Assembly (NCBI GenBank): GCA_027451665.1
Contig: DAIDIW010000001.1
Coordinates: forward strand, 159,773-223,772
Length of the DNA: 64,000 nt
Reading direction: 5' to 3'
Source: Candidatus Kaiserbacteria bacterium
GTDB lineage: Bacteria > Patescibacteriota > Minisyncoccia > Phycocordibacterales > Phycocordibacteraceae
Both the position numbers and the translations under genes were made by a program. Positions 26,815 to 36,322 of the stretch are shown here, piece after piece. Position 1 is the first letter of the stretch, and each line of letters opens with the position of its first letter. Under the pieces are notes generated by a model, which was not told the DNA's origin, searched no databases, and was given only the letters and a program-made list of their open reading frames with translations.

Positions 26815-27693
26815 ATGGACGATGCGGCTAAGATGCGGATGGAAGAGCTCGAGGCGATGATGGCATCGCCTGAGTTCTGGGCGGACAAGAGCGACGCGCA
26901 AGCGGCAGTCGCCGAATATCAGGCCTTGAAAGAAGGCGGATCGGGCGATCCGCATGATCGCGGGAATGCGACGCTCGCTATCCTCGCAGGGGCAGGCGGC
27001 GACGATGCGGAGGATTTCGCACGCATGCTCCGCCGCATGTATGAAGGATATGCGGCAGAGAAGGGCTGGAGCGTCCGGGTGCTGCATGCGAATGAGAACA
27101 GCCAGGGCGGCTTCCGCAATCTGCTCCTCGAGATCATCGGTCCGGGCGCGTATGGTCGCCTGAAGCGCGAATCCGGCGTGCACCGTCTCGTGCGGCTCTC
27201 GCCGTTCAACGCCAACGCGAAGCGCCAGACTTCCTTTGCGATGATCGAGGTGCTCCCGGTCTTGGCGGCGAATGAGAAGGTCGAGATAAATCCTGCGGAG
27301 GTGGAGATGACCTTCGCCCGTGCCGGAGGCGCGGGCGGCCAGAACGTGAACAAGGTGGAGACGGCCGTGCGCCTCGTGCATACGCCCACCGGCCTCTCGG
27401 TGCATGTTTCGAGCGAGCGGAGCCAGCAGGCGAACCGTGAGAAGGCGTTCGCACTCCTCTCGGCGAAGCTTTTCGCGAAGGAAGAAGCCGAACGGGAAGC
27501 GAAGGCGAAAGGCCGTTCGATCGCGGCGACCACCGCGAACGAATGGGGGAGCCAGATCCGCTCATACGTCCTCCATCCCTACAAAATGGTGAAAGACCAT
27601 CGGACGGGTTTCGAGAGCGGCAACCCGGAGAAAGTGCTCGACGGAGATCTCGACGGATTCATCGACGCCGAGCTCGCGGCGCCGGAGATATAA
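26815..27693 (+). CDS. prfB: Peptide chain release factor 2 (compact form, no programmed +1 frameshift site seen)
   Basis: SPF tripeptide ([17 protein letters not shown]) and GGQ motif ([18 protein letters not shown]). The N-terminus aligns to E. coli RF2 immediately after its frameshift site. The track's N-terminal extension into the hairpins was rejected. Confidence 0.85.
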   Translation: MDDAAKMRMEELEAMMASPEFWADKSDAQAAVAEYQALKEGGSGDPHDRGNATLAILAGAGGDDAEDFARMLRRMYEGYAAEKGWSVRVLHANENSQGGFRNLLLEIIGPGAYGRLKRESGVHRLVRLSPFNANAKRQTSFAMIEVLPVLAANEKVEINPAEVEMTFARAGGAGGQNVNKVETAVRLVHTPTGLSVHVSSERSQQANREKAFALLSAKLFAKEEAEREAKAKGRSIAATTANEWGSQIRSYVLHPYKMVKDHRTGFESGNPEKVLDGDLDGFIDAELAAPEI

Positions 27694-27918
27694 AAACGAA
27701 GACCCGCCGTACAGGGGGTCTTCTGAAGTGGCTCGCAAGCGAGAGACGCCAGAGAAGGACGGATGGACACGTCTCATGAGCACATCACTCGGGTACGATA
27801 GTGGTCAAAAAAGGCCGGCACCGCTCGGTTATCCCCATGCCTCCAGGGAGGAGCGTCTTCATCTCGGCTTTACGCCTCAGGAACGGATGGGTACAATGAA
27901 CCGGTCAGTACACGGTCA

Positions 27919-28596
27919 ATGATCTATTTCGACAAGGTCACGAAGAAGTACTCCGATGTTGCGGCGCTCGAAGGGGTCACGCTGTCGGTAGCTCCGAAAG
28001 AATTCGTGTCTATCGTCGGGCACTCCGGGGCGGGGAAGACGACGCTCTTGAAGCTTCTCCTCGCCGAAGAGAAGCCTTCTGAAGGAAACGTCTTTTTCGA
28101 ATCGGTAGATGTGAACGATCTGCCGAGTTCCGCGCTCCACCATTACCGCCGGAAGATCGGGATGGTTTTTCAGGATTTTAAACTCATTCCGAACAAGACG
28201 GCATACGAGAACATCGCTTTCGCGATGGAAGCAGCGGGCCGCTCCGACGACGAAATCGAGTCCGACGTACCCTATATCCTTGACCTTGTGAATCTCGCCG
28301 ATAAAGCGCACCATTTTCCGTCCCAGCTGTCTGGCGGCGAACAGCAGCGCATCGGCATCGGACGCGCGATCATCAATCAGCCGGAAGTCATCATCGCGGA
28401 TGAACCGACGGGCAATCTCGATCCGATTAACACGTACGAAGTCGTCGAGATATTGAAGAAGATTAACGAGCTCGGTACCACCGTCGTCATCACGACGCAT
28501 AACAAAGGGGTCGTGGATGCGATCGGGCGACGCGTGGTCACCATGGATCGTGGCAAGATCGTGCGTGATGACGCCGAAGGCAGATACGTACTATGA
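27919..28596 (+). CDS. ftsE: Cell-division ABC ATPase FtsE
   Basis: Walker A GHSGAGKTT, signature LSGGEQQR, Walker B IIADEP. 225 aa, followed by ftsX with an overlap. Confidence 0.9.
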   Translation: MIYFDKVTKKYSDVAALEGVTLSVAPKEFVSIVGHSGAGKTTLLKLLLAEEKPSEGNVFFESVDVNDLPSSALHHYRRKIGMVFQDFKLIPNKTAYENIAFAMEAAGRSDDEIESDVPYILDLVNLADKAHHFPSQLSGGEQQRIGIGRAIINQPEVIIADEPTGNLDPINTYEVVEILKKINELGTTVVITTHNKGVVDAIGRRVVTMDRGKIVRDDAEGRYVL

Positions 28597-29519
28597 ACTG
28601 GACCACCATAAAACGAGTAGCCGTATCCGGCGCGAAGAATTTCACGCGAGGCGGCAGCGTCTCCGCCGCTACCGTGCTCATTATGACGGTGACGCTCGCG
28701 ATCATCGGTGCTCTCATATTCCTCTCGGCGCTCCTCACGTTCACCTTGAACTCGATCAAGGACAAAGTGGATGTCTCCGTGTACTTCGTGACGAGCGCGA
28801 CTGAGAGCCAGATTCTTGCCGTACAGCAGAAGCTCGAACAGCTCCCGCAAGTGGAGAGCGTCACCTATACGTCTGCTGACCAGGCGCTCGCCGCTTTCAA
28901 AGCGCGCCATGCGAACGATCAGCTCACATTGCAGGCGCTCGACGAGCTCGGTGGCAATCCGCTCGACGCATCGCTCGAAATACGGGCCCAGGATCCGTCG
29001 CAGTATGAGGGTATCGTGAATTTCCTTCAGGCATCGCCCGCGCTTTCCGCAAGCGGCACCTCGATTATTGACCGCATCAATTATGCCCAGAATAAGAGCG
29101 TCATCGACCGGCTCTCGAGCGCGATCACAGCGACGCGGGAAATTGGGCTTGCCGTGGTGCTCGTGTTTGCGCTCGCTTCGATACTCATCGCCTTCGCGAC
29201 GATACGGCTCGCCATTTACACAGCGAGGGACGAGATCGCCGTTATGCGGCTCGTAGGTGCGAGCAATGCTTACATCCAAGGGCCGTTCATCGTCACGGGC
29301 ATCATCACTGGGCTCATCTCCTCCATCATCGTCCTCGTACTGTTATGGCCGGCGTCCTGGTATGCCGGAAGCCAGACGGCAGGGTGGCTCGGTGGTTTCA
29401 ATCTCGCCTCGTATTATGGCAGTCATTTCCTGTTCATTCTATTCGTGCTTGTCGGTTCTGGCTGTCTCTTGGGTGCGGCCGCATCCGTGCTCGCTATCCG
29501 TAGATACCTAAAGGTCTGA
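28593..29519 (+). CDS. ftsX: Cell-division permease-like protein FtsX
   Basis: About 300 aa with four TM segments and a large extracytoplasmic loop. Immediately downstream of ftsE. Confidence 0.85.
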   Translation: MNWTTIKRVAVSGAKNFTRGGSVSAATVLIMTVTLAIIGALIFLSALLTFTLNSIKDKVDVSVYFVTSATESQILAVQQKLEQLPQVESVTYTSADQALAAFKARHANDQLTLQALDELGGNPLDASLEIRAQDPSQYEGIVNFLQASPALSASGTSIIDRINYAQNKSVIDRLSSAITATREIGLAVVLVFALASILIAFATIRLAIYTARDEIAVMRLVGASNAYIQGPFIVTGIITGLISSIIVLVLLWPASWYAGSQTAGWLGGFNLASYYGSHFLFILFVLVGSGCLLGAAASVLAIRRYLKV

Positions 29520-29521
29520 TC

Positions 29522-31171
29522 ATGGCAAAAGAAGGTCATAAATATATATTCGTCTTGGGCGGGGTCATGAGTGGCGTCGGCAAAGGCGTCGTGACTTCTT
29601 CGATCGGCCTCTTACTTCAGCAGAAGGGCTACCCGGTGAACCTCGTGAAAGTGGATCCGTATCTGAACGTCGACGCCGGCACCATGAATCCGACTGAACA
29701 CGGCGAAGTGTTCGTGTTGCGGAGCGGACTCGAGACCGATCAGGACATGGGCAACTATGAGCGCTTTCTCGGCCGTGATCTCACGAACGAGGATTATATG
29801 ACGAGCGGCATGGTGTACCAGTCGGTCATTGCCCGCGAGCGTGCGCTCGAATACGGTGGAAAGTGTGTCGAAGCCATCCCGCATGTACGCGATGAGATCA
29901 TGGGGCGCTTCGAGGCAGCCGCAGCCTATAATGGGAGCCGCATTTCCGTCATTGAAATCGGTGGCACCGTGGGCGACTTCCAGAATGCGCTTTTCATCGA
30001 AGCGGCCCGCGTCATGAAGATGGAACATCCAGACGATGTGCTCTTCGTGATGGTTTCCTATCTGCCGACTCCCGGCACCCTGGGCGAGATGAAGACGAAG
30101 CCTACGCAGACCGCGGTGCGGGATCTGAACGGATACGGCGTGCAGCCGGATTTCATCATCGCGCGTTCGAAGGAAGCGATCGATGAGAAGCGGAAGGAGA
30201 AGCTCGCGGTCTCCTGCGCCGTTAAAAAGGACCGTGTTATAAGCGCGCCGGACATCTCCTCCATCTATGAAGCACCCCTGAATTTCGAACGCGATGAGCT
30301 CGGCGATCAGCTGCTTGAGGCGCTCAAGCTTCCGGAGAAGCGCAAAGCGTCGCTTTCCGCATGGGGTCGCTTCGCAAAAGCCGTGGCAGATAAGAAGGCA
30401 CCCGCGGTCGAGATCGCGGTGGTCGGCAAGTATTTCGATACGGGCGATTTCGTCCTCTCGGATGCGTACCTCTCGGTCATCGAGGCGATCAAGTTCTCTG
30501 CGGCAAAGCTCGGGAAGCGAGCGAACATCACGTGGATCAATTCGAAGCACTTCGAGAAGGGAAAGTCCACGAGCGAGCTTGCGAAATATCAGGGCATCCT
30601 CGTCCCGGGAGGATTCGGCGAGAGCGGCATCGAGGGGAAGATCAAGGCCATTCGGTATGCGCGCGAGCACAAGATCCCGTACCTCGGACTCTGCTACGGC
30701 ATGCAGCTCATGGTCGTGGAGTACGCGCGCAATGTGCTCGGACTGAAGGATGCCACGACCGCCGAGATTAAGAAGAACGCGGAGCATCTCGTCGTCGATG
30801 TCATGCCGGAGCAGAAGGCTCTCCTTGAAGGAGGGAAGTACGGCGGTACCATGCGTCTTGGCGTGTACCCCGCGTATCTCAAGAAGGGCACGATGGCGCG
30901 CGCGGCATATAAGAAGGAGCTCGTCGAGGAACGCCATCGTCATCGCTACGAGATCAATCCTGAATACGTGAAGCGGCTCGAGAGCGCCGGGCTTGTGTTC
31001 AGCGGCACTTCTCCGGATGGCGTGCTTATGGAGATCGCGGAGCTCCCGAAGTCGAAGCATCCGTTCATGCTCGGTACGCAGTTCCATCCTGAGCTCCAGG
31101 CGCGACCGCTCGACCCGCATCCCTTGTTTACGGAATTCCTGAAGGCAGCTGCCGTGCATCGTAGGAAGTAG
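29522..31171 (+). CDS. pyrG: CTP synthase
   Basis: N-terminal KYIFVTGGVVSGVGKG-type P-loop. C-terminal glutamine amidotransferase domain (GFGERG…YLGLCYGMQ). 549 aa. Confidence 0.95.
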   Translation: MAKEGHKYIFVLGGVMSGVGKGVVTSSIGLLLQQKGYPVNLVKVDPYLNVDAGTMNPTEHGEVFVLRSGLETDQDMGNYERFLGRDLTNEDYMTSGMVYQSVIARERALEYGGKCVEAIPHVRDEIMGRFEAAAAYNGSRISVIEIGGTVGDFQNALFIEAARVMKMEHPDDVLFVMVSYLPTPGTLGEMKTKPTQTAVRDLNGYGVQPDFIIARSKEAIDEKRKEKLAVSCAVKKDRVISAPDISSIYEAPLNFERDELGDQLLEALKLPEKRKASLSAWGRFAKAVADKKAPAVEIAVVGKYFDTGDFVLSDAYLSVIEAIKFSAAKLGKRANITWINSKHFEKGKSTSELAKYQGILVPGGFGESGIEGKIKAIRYAREHKIPYLGLCYGMQLMVVEYARNVLGLKDATTAEIKKNAEHLVVDVMPEQKALLEGGKYGGTMRLGVYPAYLKKGTMARAAYKKELVEERHRHRYEINPEYVKRLESAGLVFSGTSPDGVLMEIAELPKSKHPFMLGTQFHPELQARPLDPHPLFTEFLKAAAVHRRK

Positions 31172-31182
31172 CGCACGGGAAG

Positions 31183-31207
31183 CCGGCCGGAGCTCTGCTC
31201 CGGCCGG
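31183..31207. terminator. GC hairpin between convergent pyrG and the downstream minus-strand gene
   Basis: CCGGCCGGAGC-TCT-GCTCCGGCCGG, a 10-11 bp stem. Confidence 0.45.
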
Positions 31208-31212
31208 TAGGG

Positions 31213-31533
31213 TTATGGTTCGATAGGTGTTGATGGTGAGCTTTGTGCCGTTGCGAGACCTGGTTCAGCTTCGCTGAGGCGAAGCAGATTTTTGAGATAT
31301 CTCCCGCAGACTTTATCGAAACTGCGGATCTCCTCAACCGTGGGCGGCTGCTCTCCTTTGGAGAAACGAGCTGCCTGCCGCGAAATCTCCTGCCGGATGT
31401 TACGGTGATAGGTTCGGTACAATTCGCCACTCTCCTGTCCGTCCGTGCGGTCGAGGTACCGTACGAGCTCTGTGAGGTTCAATGCTCCCGATTGCTCGAA
31501 AAGAAGCTCGAGCGAGCTTGTTGTCTCGTCCAT
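31213..31533 (-). CDS. Hypothetical protein
   Basis: Start chosen at an internal Met preceded by GGAG (MDETTSSLELL…). No family recognised. Confidence 0.35.
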   Translation of the reverse strand: MDETTSSLELLFEQSGALNLTELVRYLDRTDGQESGELYRTYHRNIRQEISRQAARFSKGEQPPTVEEIRSFDKVCGRYLKNLLRLSEAEPGLATAQSSPSTPIEP

Positions 31534-31690
31534 AGTAACTCCGCATCCAATCCGCGCGGAGGATACCATGCATGACGAAGATGACAAGTCTCCTTGCGGC
31601 ACGCATGCTCCTAAGCGCGCGTCGTGGTTGTATCCGAACCCATTTTCAGGTATCTTCTCCATACGGCGCCGCGCACGTGGCGCAGGAAAA

Positions 31691-31764
31691 TGCCGGTTCG
31701 TCTAATGGTAGGACACATCCCTCTGGAGGATGGTATTGGGGTTCGAGTCCCTGACCGGCAGCCA
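31691..31764 (+). tRNA. tRNA-Gln (anticodon CTG)
   Basis: U1:A72 first pair typical of bacterial tRNA-Gln. Acceptor TGCCGGT/ACCGGCA, anticodon stem CATCC/GGATG with loop CTCTGGA, T-loop TTCGAGT, discriminator G plus encoded CCA. A plausible sigma70-like promoter lies upstream (TTGTAT-17-TATCTT, about 31625..31660). Confidence 0.8.
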
Positions 31765-31895
31765 ACACATTACAAGCCGAGTGTCAAGGACACCTACGAT
31801 TCTAGGGCGACTGAGAAGAGTTTTTGAGGACGGGTCTAGTGAGACCGAGACGCGTTCGAGTATTAATGCCCCAGCCAACACATTACAAGCCGAGT
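31759..31895 (+). repeat. 24-bp direct repeat (CAGCCAACACATTACAAGCCGAGT): copy 1 at 31759..31782 overlaps the tRNA-Gln 3' end, copy 2 at 31872..31895
   Basis: Exact 24/24 match read directly. Classic att-like duplication of a tRNA 3' end. AT-rich DNA and low-GC cargo follow. Confidence 0.6.
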
Positions 31896-32089
31896 AACTA
31901 GGACGCGTCCATATATTTCAACATATTTTTAACACTCTAGAGGGTAGTCTAGGTTTGAGGTGTAGTCAGTGAGATAATTAATGGTATGGAAACGAATTCG
32001 GATGGAGGGTTGCCGGGTCTCCAAGTGATACCGAGTTGCTTGAGGCCCATATCTACGAGATGTCCGCCAGAATGTAGACGTGTATGTAA

Positions 32090-32272
32090 TTTTCTACGTT
32101 CAACATCGCCGACGCGGCGGCCGGCATCGGCGTAGCAATTACCAGCATCGCGGTCTTTCTCCTTCGCGGCTTCTATTGGCTGGACTCCGCCGTCGCGCTT
32201 GTGATCGCGCTCGTGGTGGGTTATCACGCCATACAACTGCTGCGGGAGGTTATCGTTACGCTGCGGGCATGA
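32090..32272 (+). pseudogene. Remnant of a cation diffusion facilitator (CDF) transporter gene (TM5-TM6 fragment only)
   Basis: The frame encodes …FNIADAAAGIGVAITSIAVFLLRGFYWLDSAVALVIALVVGYHAIQLLREV…, colinear with the CDF (CzcD-like) HxxxD…WxDP…LLRE segment. There is no start and no cytoplasmic domain. Confidence 0.4.
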
Positions 32273-32305
32273 AATTACTGATGGATTACGACGCCGAAAG
32301 GTGAC

Positions 32306-34921
32306 GTGCTACCCTTTAAATTGACTCGTATGGATAAAAAGACCGCATTGCAATTGAGGGAACAAGATTTTCTCACTAAGCTCCAAACCTCCGTCGATGG
32401 CTTGACTCAAAAAGAAGCCATAAAGCGCCAGGCAGAACATGGGTCAAACGTACTTGGAAAGAAAAGCGTCAATGCGCTCAGGATTCTCGGCCGTCAACTC
32501 CAAAGCCCGTTGGTGTACCTGTTTATCGCAGGCAGTGTTATCGCCTACGGCATACAGGACGTGCAGGATGGCACGATCATCCTCATCATTCTCCTCATCA
32601 ATACTTCCCTGGGTTTCTATCAAGAATATAAATCGGAACGCATCATCCAGAAGCTCACGCAGTTCATTACTAAGCACGCGCGCATCAAGCGCGACGGGCA
32701 GTTTGTACTGATAGATGAAACCGAGATCGTGTCCGGCGACGTGCTGCAGATGCACGAGGGCGACATTGCCCCAGCAGACATACGTCTCTTTGAGGCGACA
32801 GACCTGCAGATTAATGAGTCCCAGTTGACCGGTGAATCGGTGCCAATCGCGAAACGCGCTGCGAGCAATCAAAAAGTTTCTGAAGAGAATCTCGTATTTA
32901 CCGGCAGCACCATCGAGAAGGGAGAGGGCACGGGAATTGTGTATGCGATTGGTAGAGATACGGAGTTAGGCACCATCGCGACGCTCTCGACGGAAACGAA
33001 GAAAATCACCCAATATCAAAAATTCCTTCAATCATTCAGCTCTCAACTGGTAGGAATCGTATTGGTGGTCTTGGCGTTCGTTTTTGTTTTTAAGGCATAC
33101 CTTAGCCACGGAACGTCCAGCGTTACGGAATTACTCCTATTCGTTATCGCACTCGCAATTTCAACGGTACCCGAGATACTTCCCGTCATCGCGACCGTCA
33201 CACTCTCGAGCGGAGCTCTGAAGCTCGCCAAGAAGCGCGTCGTCGTGAAGCGCCTCTCGGCCATGGAAGATTTCGGCAACGTGAATCTTCTGTGCACCGA
33301 CAAGACCGGTACGATCACGGAGAACAAGATGACCGTCAATAAAATTACTGCTTCCGATGACGAGTTGTTCCAAAAGTTCGCTTTTGCGGGGATTGCCCCG
33401 ATCAAGGTAAGGAAACACAGAACCGCGAACTCGTACGACGACGCGTTCATCGCCTACGTCTCTCCGAAGCTTCAAAAGGAGGCGTCGCATTTATGCATCG
33501 TGAAAGAACTTCCTTTTGATCCGGCGGATCGCCGACGACGGGTCGTCTTGGAGGACAAGAAAAACAGCAAGCATTTTTTGATCGTGATCGGAGCGCCGGA
33601 GGTTCTTCTAGAGATAGCTCATACGCCGGAACACGCTAAGTACGCCCACGATATTACGCTCGAAGGAAAGACAGGGTTACACCACCTAGCTATCGCATAC
33701 AAGGAGATTTCTTACACGAACGATTTTGACATACTGAAGAACGAATCCGATCTTGTCTTCTTGGGATACGTGAGTTTGGTTGATCCACTGCGGCCGAGCG
33801 TAAAGAGCACCATAGAGCACGCGGAGAAACTCGGCATAAAACTCAAAATACTCACGGGAGACAGTCGTGAAGTAGCGGAGTATATCGGCAAGCAAGTCGG
33901 CCTTATGAACGAAGGAGACAAGGTATACCTCGGCGACGAACTCGACAAGATGTCGCCGGAGGAGTTCAAGATGGCAGTTTTTGGCACCAATATTTTCGCG
34001 CGGGTTTCTCCCGAACAGAAATTTAATATCATCAAGGCATTGAAAGAAAAATACACCGTTGCGTATCAGGGCGACGGCATCAATGATGCTCCCGCATTGA
34101 AATTGGCTGACGTGGCGATTGCCGTCAATACGGCGACCGATATTGCGAAAGAAAACGCTGATATCGTTCTCTTGAACCGAAGCCTTGAAGTTATCATCAA
34201 CGGCATCAGGTATGGCCGCGCAATTTTCATCAACATCAACAAGTACATCCGGTATACGATGAGCAATAACTTTGGAAGTCTCATCGGTCTCTCCGCGCTC
34301 TATCTATTTTCCGTCAATTTGCCAATCCTTCCCGTCCAAGCCCTCCTGAACAATCTTTTCGGCGATATTCCGCTCATCATGGTCTCATCGGATACGGTCG
34401 AGGACGACGAAGTTATCGAGCCCGAGAAACACAATGTGAAAGATCTCATGTTCATATCACTTATACTCGGTGTGCCAACAGCACTTTTTGAGATCCTGTA
34501 TTTTGGAATGATCGGATCTCAACCCTCAGCGCTCGTGCAGACAAGTCTGTATGTGTTCCTCACGTTCCAGGCGCTCATCATCTTCTATACCGTCCGCACC
34601 AGAAAGCACTTCTGGGAGGCAAAAGCCCCGTCGACACCTCTCAACATCTCGTTCTTAGCGGCCTTCGCATGTTCTATCGGTGTAATCTATGTACCGCAAT
34701 TCCAGGTGTGGTTCTCATTCGTTCCGATCTCGCCGATCACGATTGGCGTCATAGTCATGCTCATGGCGCTCTACTTTATCGCCGTCGATTATGTGAAAGT
34801 GTGGTACTACCAATCGAACAAAAACGAACTCGGGCCCGTGTATATCGATGGTTTTGCAACAGCATACGCAGATGTTTCGAGAGGAATGGTACAAAAAGTA
34901 GAGAACAGAGATGGTGAATGA
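32306..34921 (+). CDS. Cation-transporting P-type ATPase (P2/P3-type, MgtA/PMCA-like)
   Basis: CTDKTGTITENKMTV phosphorylation motif, TGES actuator motif, GDGINDAPALKLADVAIAV hinge, 10 TM segments. About 40-45% GC (foreign-looking). Confidence 0.85.
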   Translation: MLPFKLTRMDKKTALQLREQDFLTKLQTSVDGLTQKEAIKRQAEHGSNVLGKKSVNALRILGRQLQSPLVYLFIAGSVIAYGIQDVQDGTIILIILLINTSLGFYQEYKSERIIQKLTQFITKHARIKRDGQFVLIDETEIVSGDVLQMHEGDIAPADIRLFEATDLQINESQLTGESVPIAKRAASNQKVSEENLVFTGSTIEKGEGTGIVYAIGRDTELGTIATLSTETKKITQYQKFLQSFSSQLVGIVLVVLAFVFVFKAYLSHGTSSVTELLLFVIALAISTVPEILPVIATVTLSSGALKLAKKRVVVKRLSAMEDFGNVNLLCTDKTGTITENKMTVNKITASDDELFQKFAFAGIAPIKVRKHRTANSYDDAFIAYVSPKLQKEASHLCIVKELPFDPADRRRRVVLEDKKNSKHFLIVIGAPEVLLEIAHTPEHAKYAHDITLEGKTGLHHLAIAYKEISYTNDFDILKNESDLVFLGYVSLVDPLRPSVKSTIEHAEKLGIKLKILTGDSREVAEYIGKQVGLMNEGDKVYLGDELDKMSPEEFKMAVFGTNIFARVSPEQKFNIIKALKEKYTVAYQGDGINDAPALKLADVAIAVNTATDIAKENADIVLLNRSLEVIINGIRYGRAIFININKYIRYTMSNNFGSLIGLSALYLFSVNLPILPVQALLNNLFGDIPLIMVSSDTVEDDEVIEPEKHNVKDLMFISLILGVPTALFEILYFGMIGSQPSALVQTSLYVFLTFQALIIFYTVRTRKHFWEAKAPSTPLNISFLAAFACSIGVIYVPQFQVWFSFVPISPITIGVIVMLMALYFIAVDYVKVWYYQSNKNELGPVYIDGFATAYADVSRGMVQKVENRDGE

Positions 34922-35184
34922 GATTGCGAAATACTCTTAAAAGGTCGCATTAGTCTCAAGAGGGCGCCCGCAAAACTACACAAAAGTTGTAACATTTGTA
35001 ACATTTTACCCTTAGGACGACCCAACTGAGACGCCTGAAACTAATAGGGTAAAATTGCTCAAAGAGCCCTTGTGGTGCCTCACCGTACAAGGGTCGCAAC
35101 TGAGTCAGTCAGCAGTCATAAAGTATATATTTCCCGAAGAAAGAATCTTGCAATTATCGGGCATTATGCTATAGTCTCAGATAC

Positions 35185-35532
35185 GTGACCTACACAAAGA
35201 AACCGGGCAGTTATGCCCGAAAGAGCTTCGGCTCTCGCCAAAGCTACCGCACTAAAAAAGACGTCCATGACGAGCAGCAACGCTTCCAAGCGGTATGCAA
35301 TGAATGTCACAGGACCTGTGAGGTGCCATTCCGCCCCAATGGTAAGAAGCCGGTCTATTGCCGTGATTGCTTCAAGGGGAAGGAAGAGAGTCCGTCAATC
35401 GGCGTGCGTGAGTACCGAAAGGGAAGCGCTCCCCAGAATCCTGATTTTGCCAAGCGTCTAGACGCGATAGACGGAAAACTGGATCGCATTCTCAAGTCAC
35501 TAGGCAATCAAGTCGCTAAGGCAAACGACTAA
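35185..35532 (+). CDS. Small basic zinc-ribbon protein (CxxC…CxxC)
   Basis: CNECHRTCEV…YCRDCF. GTG start immediately downstream of an extended -10-like TGCTATAGT (35165..35173), suggesting a leaderless transcript. Confidence 0.45.
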   Translation: MTYTKKPGSYARKSFGSRQSYRTKKDVHDEQQRFQAVCNECHRTCEVPFRPNGKKPVYCRDCFKGKEESPSIGVREYRKGSAPQNPDFAKRLDAIDGKLDRILKSLGNQVAKAND

Positions 35533-35642
35533 CGTAGGAAAGAAAGCGTCCGGCCTCGGTCGGGCATTTCTATATTCGGGCGCTATTCGCTTGTGCGCTT
35601 CGTGCATGTGCCTCTCAGTTACGAGGCTGCTAGAATTGCTCC

Positions 35643-36218
35643 ATGGCAGATTGGCAGACGTATTACAGTCAACACCTATACAGACCTCCTCGTTCGCTGT
35701 TGGTCAAAGCGGTCTCATTTTGCATACGCAAGGACAACGCGCTTGATCTGGGCGCAGGTACGCTCATCGAGACGAAATTCCTGCTCGATTCCGGATTCAA
35801 GAAGGTGACGGCTCTCGATAGCTCTCCTGAAATTAGGACCTTCGCCGAGGGAATAAATGATGAGCGGCTCACAGTGGAAGTGCGGCCGTATCAGGAGATG
35901 GAGTTACCGCCAGAAAGCTACGACCTGATTACCGCCTCATACGCGCTTCCGTTCTACGGAAAAGAAGGGTTCGATGCATTCATCGCTCGGCTCGTTTCGG
36001 CTCTGAAGCCGGGCGGCGTCTTCACCGGACAACTATTTGGAGTGAAGGATGGTTGGAATGTTCCCGGTGACAAGAGGGCGTTTCAGACACGGGATGAAGC
36101 CGAAGAATTACTAAAGGGCCTCACGATTGAACTCTTTACCGAGGAAGATAAGGACGGGATTGTTGCCTCCGGTGAAGCAAAGCACTGGCATATCTTTCAT
36201 TTCATCGCCCGCAAATAG
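35643..36218 (+). CDS. Class I SAM-dependent methyltransferase, TehB-like
   Basis: Motif I LDLGAGTLIET, post-I LKPGGVF. Size and overall colinearity with TehB. Confidence 0.65.
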   Translation: MADWQTYYSQHLYRPPRSLLVKAVSFCIRKDNALDLGAGTLIETKFLLDSGFKKVTALDSSPEIRTFAEGINDERLTVEVRPYQEMELPPESYDLITASYALPFYGKEGFDAFIARLVSALKPGGVFTGQLFGVKDGWNVPGDKRAFQTRDEAEELLKGLTIELFTEEDKDGIVASGEAKHWHIFHFIARK

Positions 36219-36322
36219 GTTGTCATCTCGGGGCGTGTGCTATCAGGAGCAGTAGTCCTAATCCGCAGGTGCTCCGGGATACGCGGCATGCATGAAGGAA
36301 TGCATGTGATAACTTCATACCT

